DNA from: a virus
Length of the DNA: 42,869 nt
Reading direction: 5' to 3' (one strand)
IMG/VR virus record: IMGVR_UViG_3300036835_000552
The translations under genes were made by a program, and so were the position numbers. Shown here in pieces: positions 41,100 through 42,869 of this stretch (its first letter is position 1; every line of letters begins with the position of its first letter). Under the pieces are notes generated by a model that made no database searches, had not been told where the DNA came from, and saw only the letters and a list, made by a program, of their open reading frames with translations.

Positions 41100-41495
41100 A
41101 TGGCGGATCGTCTGACGAAGGAGGAGCAGCGGTGGCGGGCGGCGATCCGCGCGCGGCGCTACGACGAAGCACTCGCCATCTGTCGCCGAGTCGAGCCCCT
41201 GCTTGCAAGTCTCGTCGCTGAGTCGCACGGCGCGCGACGCGCCGACGGACGCAGGAAGGCCGCCTCGCTTGGTGGGAGCGTGGGACCGCTCGGCGCGCCC
41301 AGTGTCTTGAACGGCTGGATTCCGGCGCCCGATCTCGCACGCGAGGTGGGACTCGACACGCGCACGATCAAGCGACAGCTGACGGGCCACGTCTTCGCGT
41401 CGCCGATCAGCGACCGCGTCACGCTCGTCCATCGCGAGAGCTACTTCGCCTGGGTTGCTGCCGGGCGTCCGGCGCCCCAGCCGCAGGCGAGCTGA
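41100..41495 (+). CDS. HTH-containing early protein (131 aa)
   Basis: Starts at an internal ATG at 41100 with an RBS. DLAREVGLDTRTIKRQL is HTH-like. TGATG coupling to the exonuclease gene. Confidence 0.55.
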   Translation: MADRLTKEEQRWRAAIRARRYDEALAICRRVEPLLASLVAESHGARRADGRRKAASLGGSVGPLGAPSVLNGWIPAPDLAREVGLDTRTIKRQLTGHVFASPISDRVTLVHRESYFAWVAAGRPAPQPQAS

Positions 41496-42397
41496 TGAGC
41501 GATCGCACTCGCAGTCTCGGCGCGTCCGACGCCGCTGCCGCGGTCGGCCGCGACCCGTGGCGCACGCCGGCGGATCTCTACCTCGAGAAGACCGGGCGGC
41601 TCGGCCCGCAGCTCCGCGCCTCGCCGGCGATGGAGGCCGGAACGTTCCTCCAGGACGGTATCCTCGACTGGGCGGCGCACACGCTCGGCCTGCCGCTCGC
41701 CTGCCGGCAGTGGGCCCTCGTCCATCCCACCCACCCCGAGCTCTCGGCCACGCTCGACGCCGTCCTGGATGACGGCGCGCTCCTCGAGGCGAAAACGGCC
41801 GGCCTCGTCGGCGGGACGGGCGAGCACCTCGCCGCGTGGGGCGATGCCGGCACGGACGACGTGCCGACGCATGTCCTCCTCCAGGTCCACCACCAGTTCG
41901 CCGTCGCCGCCGCACAGCCCGACTGGCCGGCAGGCCGAGAGCCGCGGCGCTGCTACGTGCCGGCCCTGCTGGCCCGGCGCGGCCTGGTCCTCTTCCTCGT
42001 CGAGCGGCACGACGCCCTCGTCGACGCCCTGATCGAGCGCGAGCGGCAGTTCTGGCGCGACTACGTGCTCGCGGACCGCTGCCCGCCCGACAGCCTCCCG
42101 ACGCTCGACGTGCTGGCACGGATCGCCCGTGAGCCGGCCGTGACGGTGCCGATTCCAGACGCCGCCGTGCGCGCGTGGCAGGAGGCCAAGGCCAAGGTGA
42201 AGGACGCCGAGGCGGCGGAGTCGGCCACCCGCCGGACCGTGCTCGCCGCCCTGGGGACCGCCGAAGCGGGCACGTGCACGCTCGGGACGGTCCTCTATGT
42301 CGAACGACAGCGCCGCGCCTACGAGGTCCCGGCGTCGACCTACCGCCAGCTCACGTGGAAACCCGCCCCCGGGCGGGAGCAGGAGGCCGTCCCATGA
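41495..42397 (+). CDS. YqaJ-type (lambda-exonuclease-like, PD-(D/E)XK) recombination exonuclease
   Basis: SLGASDAAAAVGRDPWRTPADLYLEKTGR ... LEAKTAG is the canonical YqaJ N-terminal and catalytic pattern. Confidence 0.85.
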   Translation: MSDRTRSLGASDAAAAVGRDPWRTPADLYLEKTGRLGPQLRASPAMEAGTFLQDGILDWAAHTLGLPLACRQWALVHPTHPELSATLDAVLDDGALLEAKTAGLVGGTGEHLAAWGDAGTDDVPTHVLLQVHHQFAVAAAQPDWPAGREPRRCYVPALLARRGLVLFLVERHDALVDALIERERQFWRDYVLADRCPPDSLPTLDVLARIAREPAVTVPIPDAAVRAWQEAKAKVKDAEAAESATRRTVLAALGTAEAGTCTLGTVLYVERQRRAYEVPASTYRQLTWKPAPGREQEAVP

Positions 42398-42869
42398 TCG
42401 AAGGCACACCCGCGATCGTCCCGACGACGGCGCTCGAGGCCGTCGCGCGGGCCGAGATCGACATCCAGGTCGCGACGGCGAAGCGCTATCCCCGCGAGGT
42501 CGCGCGGGCTGTCGCGCGCGCGGTCGAGATGGCCACCGCCTCGCCCGACATCGCCGCGCAGTGCTTCTACGTGCTCAAGCGGAAGGACAACCGGACGGGC
42601 AAGGTGACCACCATCGAGGGCCCGTCGATCCGCCTGGCGGAGATCTTCGCCTGCACGTGGGGGAATCTCGCCTACGGGTTCCGCGCCATCGCCGACGACG
42701 GGCGGGCGGTCGTGCTCGAGGGGGTCTGCGTCGACTACGAGACGAACCTCCGCTGCACGAAGCAGGTGCGCCGCAACGTGCTCGACCGCAACGGGCGGCG
42801 CCTCTCCGAGGACCTCGTCACCGTGACGACGATGGCGGCCGGCTCGATCGGGTGCCGCAATGCGATCTT
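42394..42869 (+). CDS. 5' part of the putative single-strand annealing protein (continues at nt 128 of the window through the circular join)
   Basis: ATGA overlap with the exonuclease stop. Open to the window end. In phase with 1..509. Confidence 0.55.
   Translation, partial: MIEGTPAIVPTTALEAVARAEIDIQVATAKRYPREVARAVARAVEMATASPDIAAQCFYVLKRKDNRTGKVTTIEGPSIRLAEIFACTWGNLAYGFRAIADDGRAVVLEGVCVDYETNLRCTKQVRRNVLDRNGRRLSEDLVTVTTMAAGSIGCRNAI
42743..42869. repeat. Terminal direct repeat copy 2 (identical to 1..127)
   Basis: Base-by-base identity with nt 1-127. Confidence 0.9.

Noticed and set aside
40905-42119. 404-aa minus-strand ORF
   Set aside because: Antisense to the YqaJ exonuclease and HTH genes. 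The real minus-strand gene here is the short RHH ORF 40798..40965 in another frame.

Overview
High-GC window (roughly 70% by eye) that is a complete, circularly closed temperate phage genome. Nt 1-127 are identical to nt 42743-42869, so the unique length is 42,742 bp, and one gene (the annealing protein) runs across the join. Almost all genes are on the minus strand. The many long Arg/Ala/Pro-rich ORFs in other frames are antisense artefacts of stop-poor GC-rich DNA. I chose frames by recognisable protein motifs, near-100% G/C at third codon positions, GGAGG-type RBSs and ATGA/TGATG start-stop coupling.

Modules:
1. Integration/immunity: tyrosine integrase, an attP-like region carrying the 3' half of a tRNA-Lys(CUU) flanked by five ATGTCACCAyT repeats, and XRE, RHH and excisionase-type regulators.
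2. Plus-strand early operon: HTH protein, YqaJ exonuclease, annealing protein and small morons.
3. Minus-strand replication/recombination genes: an initiator-like gene with internal 12-bp iterons, a HerA/FtsK-like ATPase with two C-terminal wHTH repeats, and RusA.
4. Lambda-like packaging/head module: Nu1-like TerS, GpA-type TerL, gpW, gpB-type portal, an HK97 protease-scaffold-capsid fusion, a DUF2190 decoration protein and gpFII.
5. Mu-like contractile tail and baseplate: sheath, tube, chaperone, tape measure, gpN, gpP, gp45, PAAR, gp46, gp47 and gp48.
6. Several fibre/receptor-binding genes: collagen-like, DUF4082, and a beta-helix tailspike.
7. Lysis cassette: GH19 endolysin, a lipoprotein, a RING-pattern mini-protein and a DUF3309 membrane protein.

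Most interesting:
- A 5.2-kb accessory island with its own promoter and atypical codon usage sits between terL and gpW. It encodes an RHH protein, an HNH-SF2 helicase fusion with a coupled unknown partner, a stand-alone ClpX zinc-finger protein coupled to a membrane protein, and HicA with non-canonical neighbours. I read it as a candidate defence or host-manipulation cassette.
- A 67-aa ORF in the lysis cassette has exact C3HC4 RING spacing.
- A codon-atypical receptor-binding cassette splits the baseplate genes.

All family assignments come from motif recognition by eye and need HMM confirmation.
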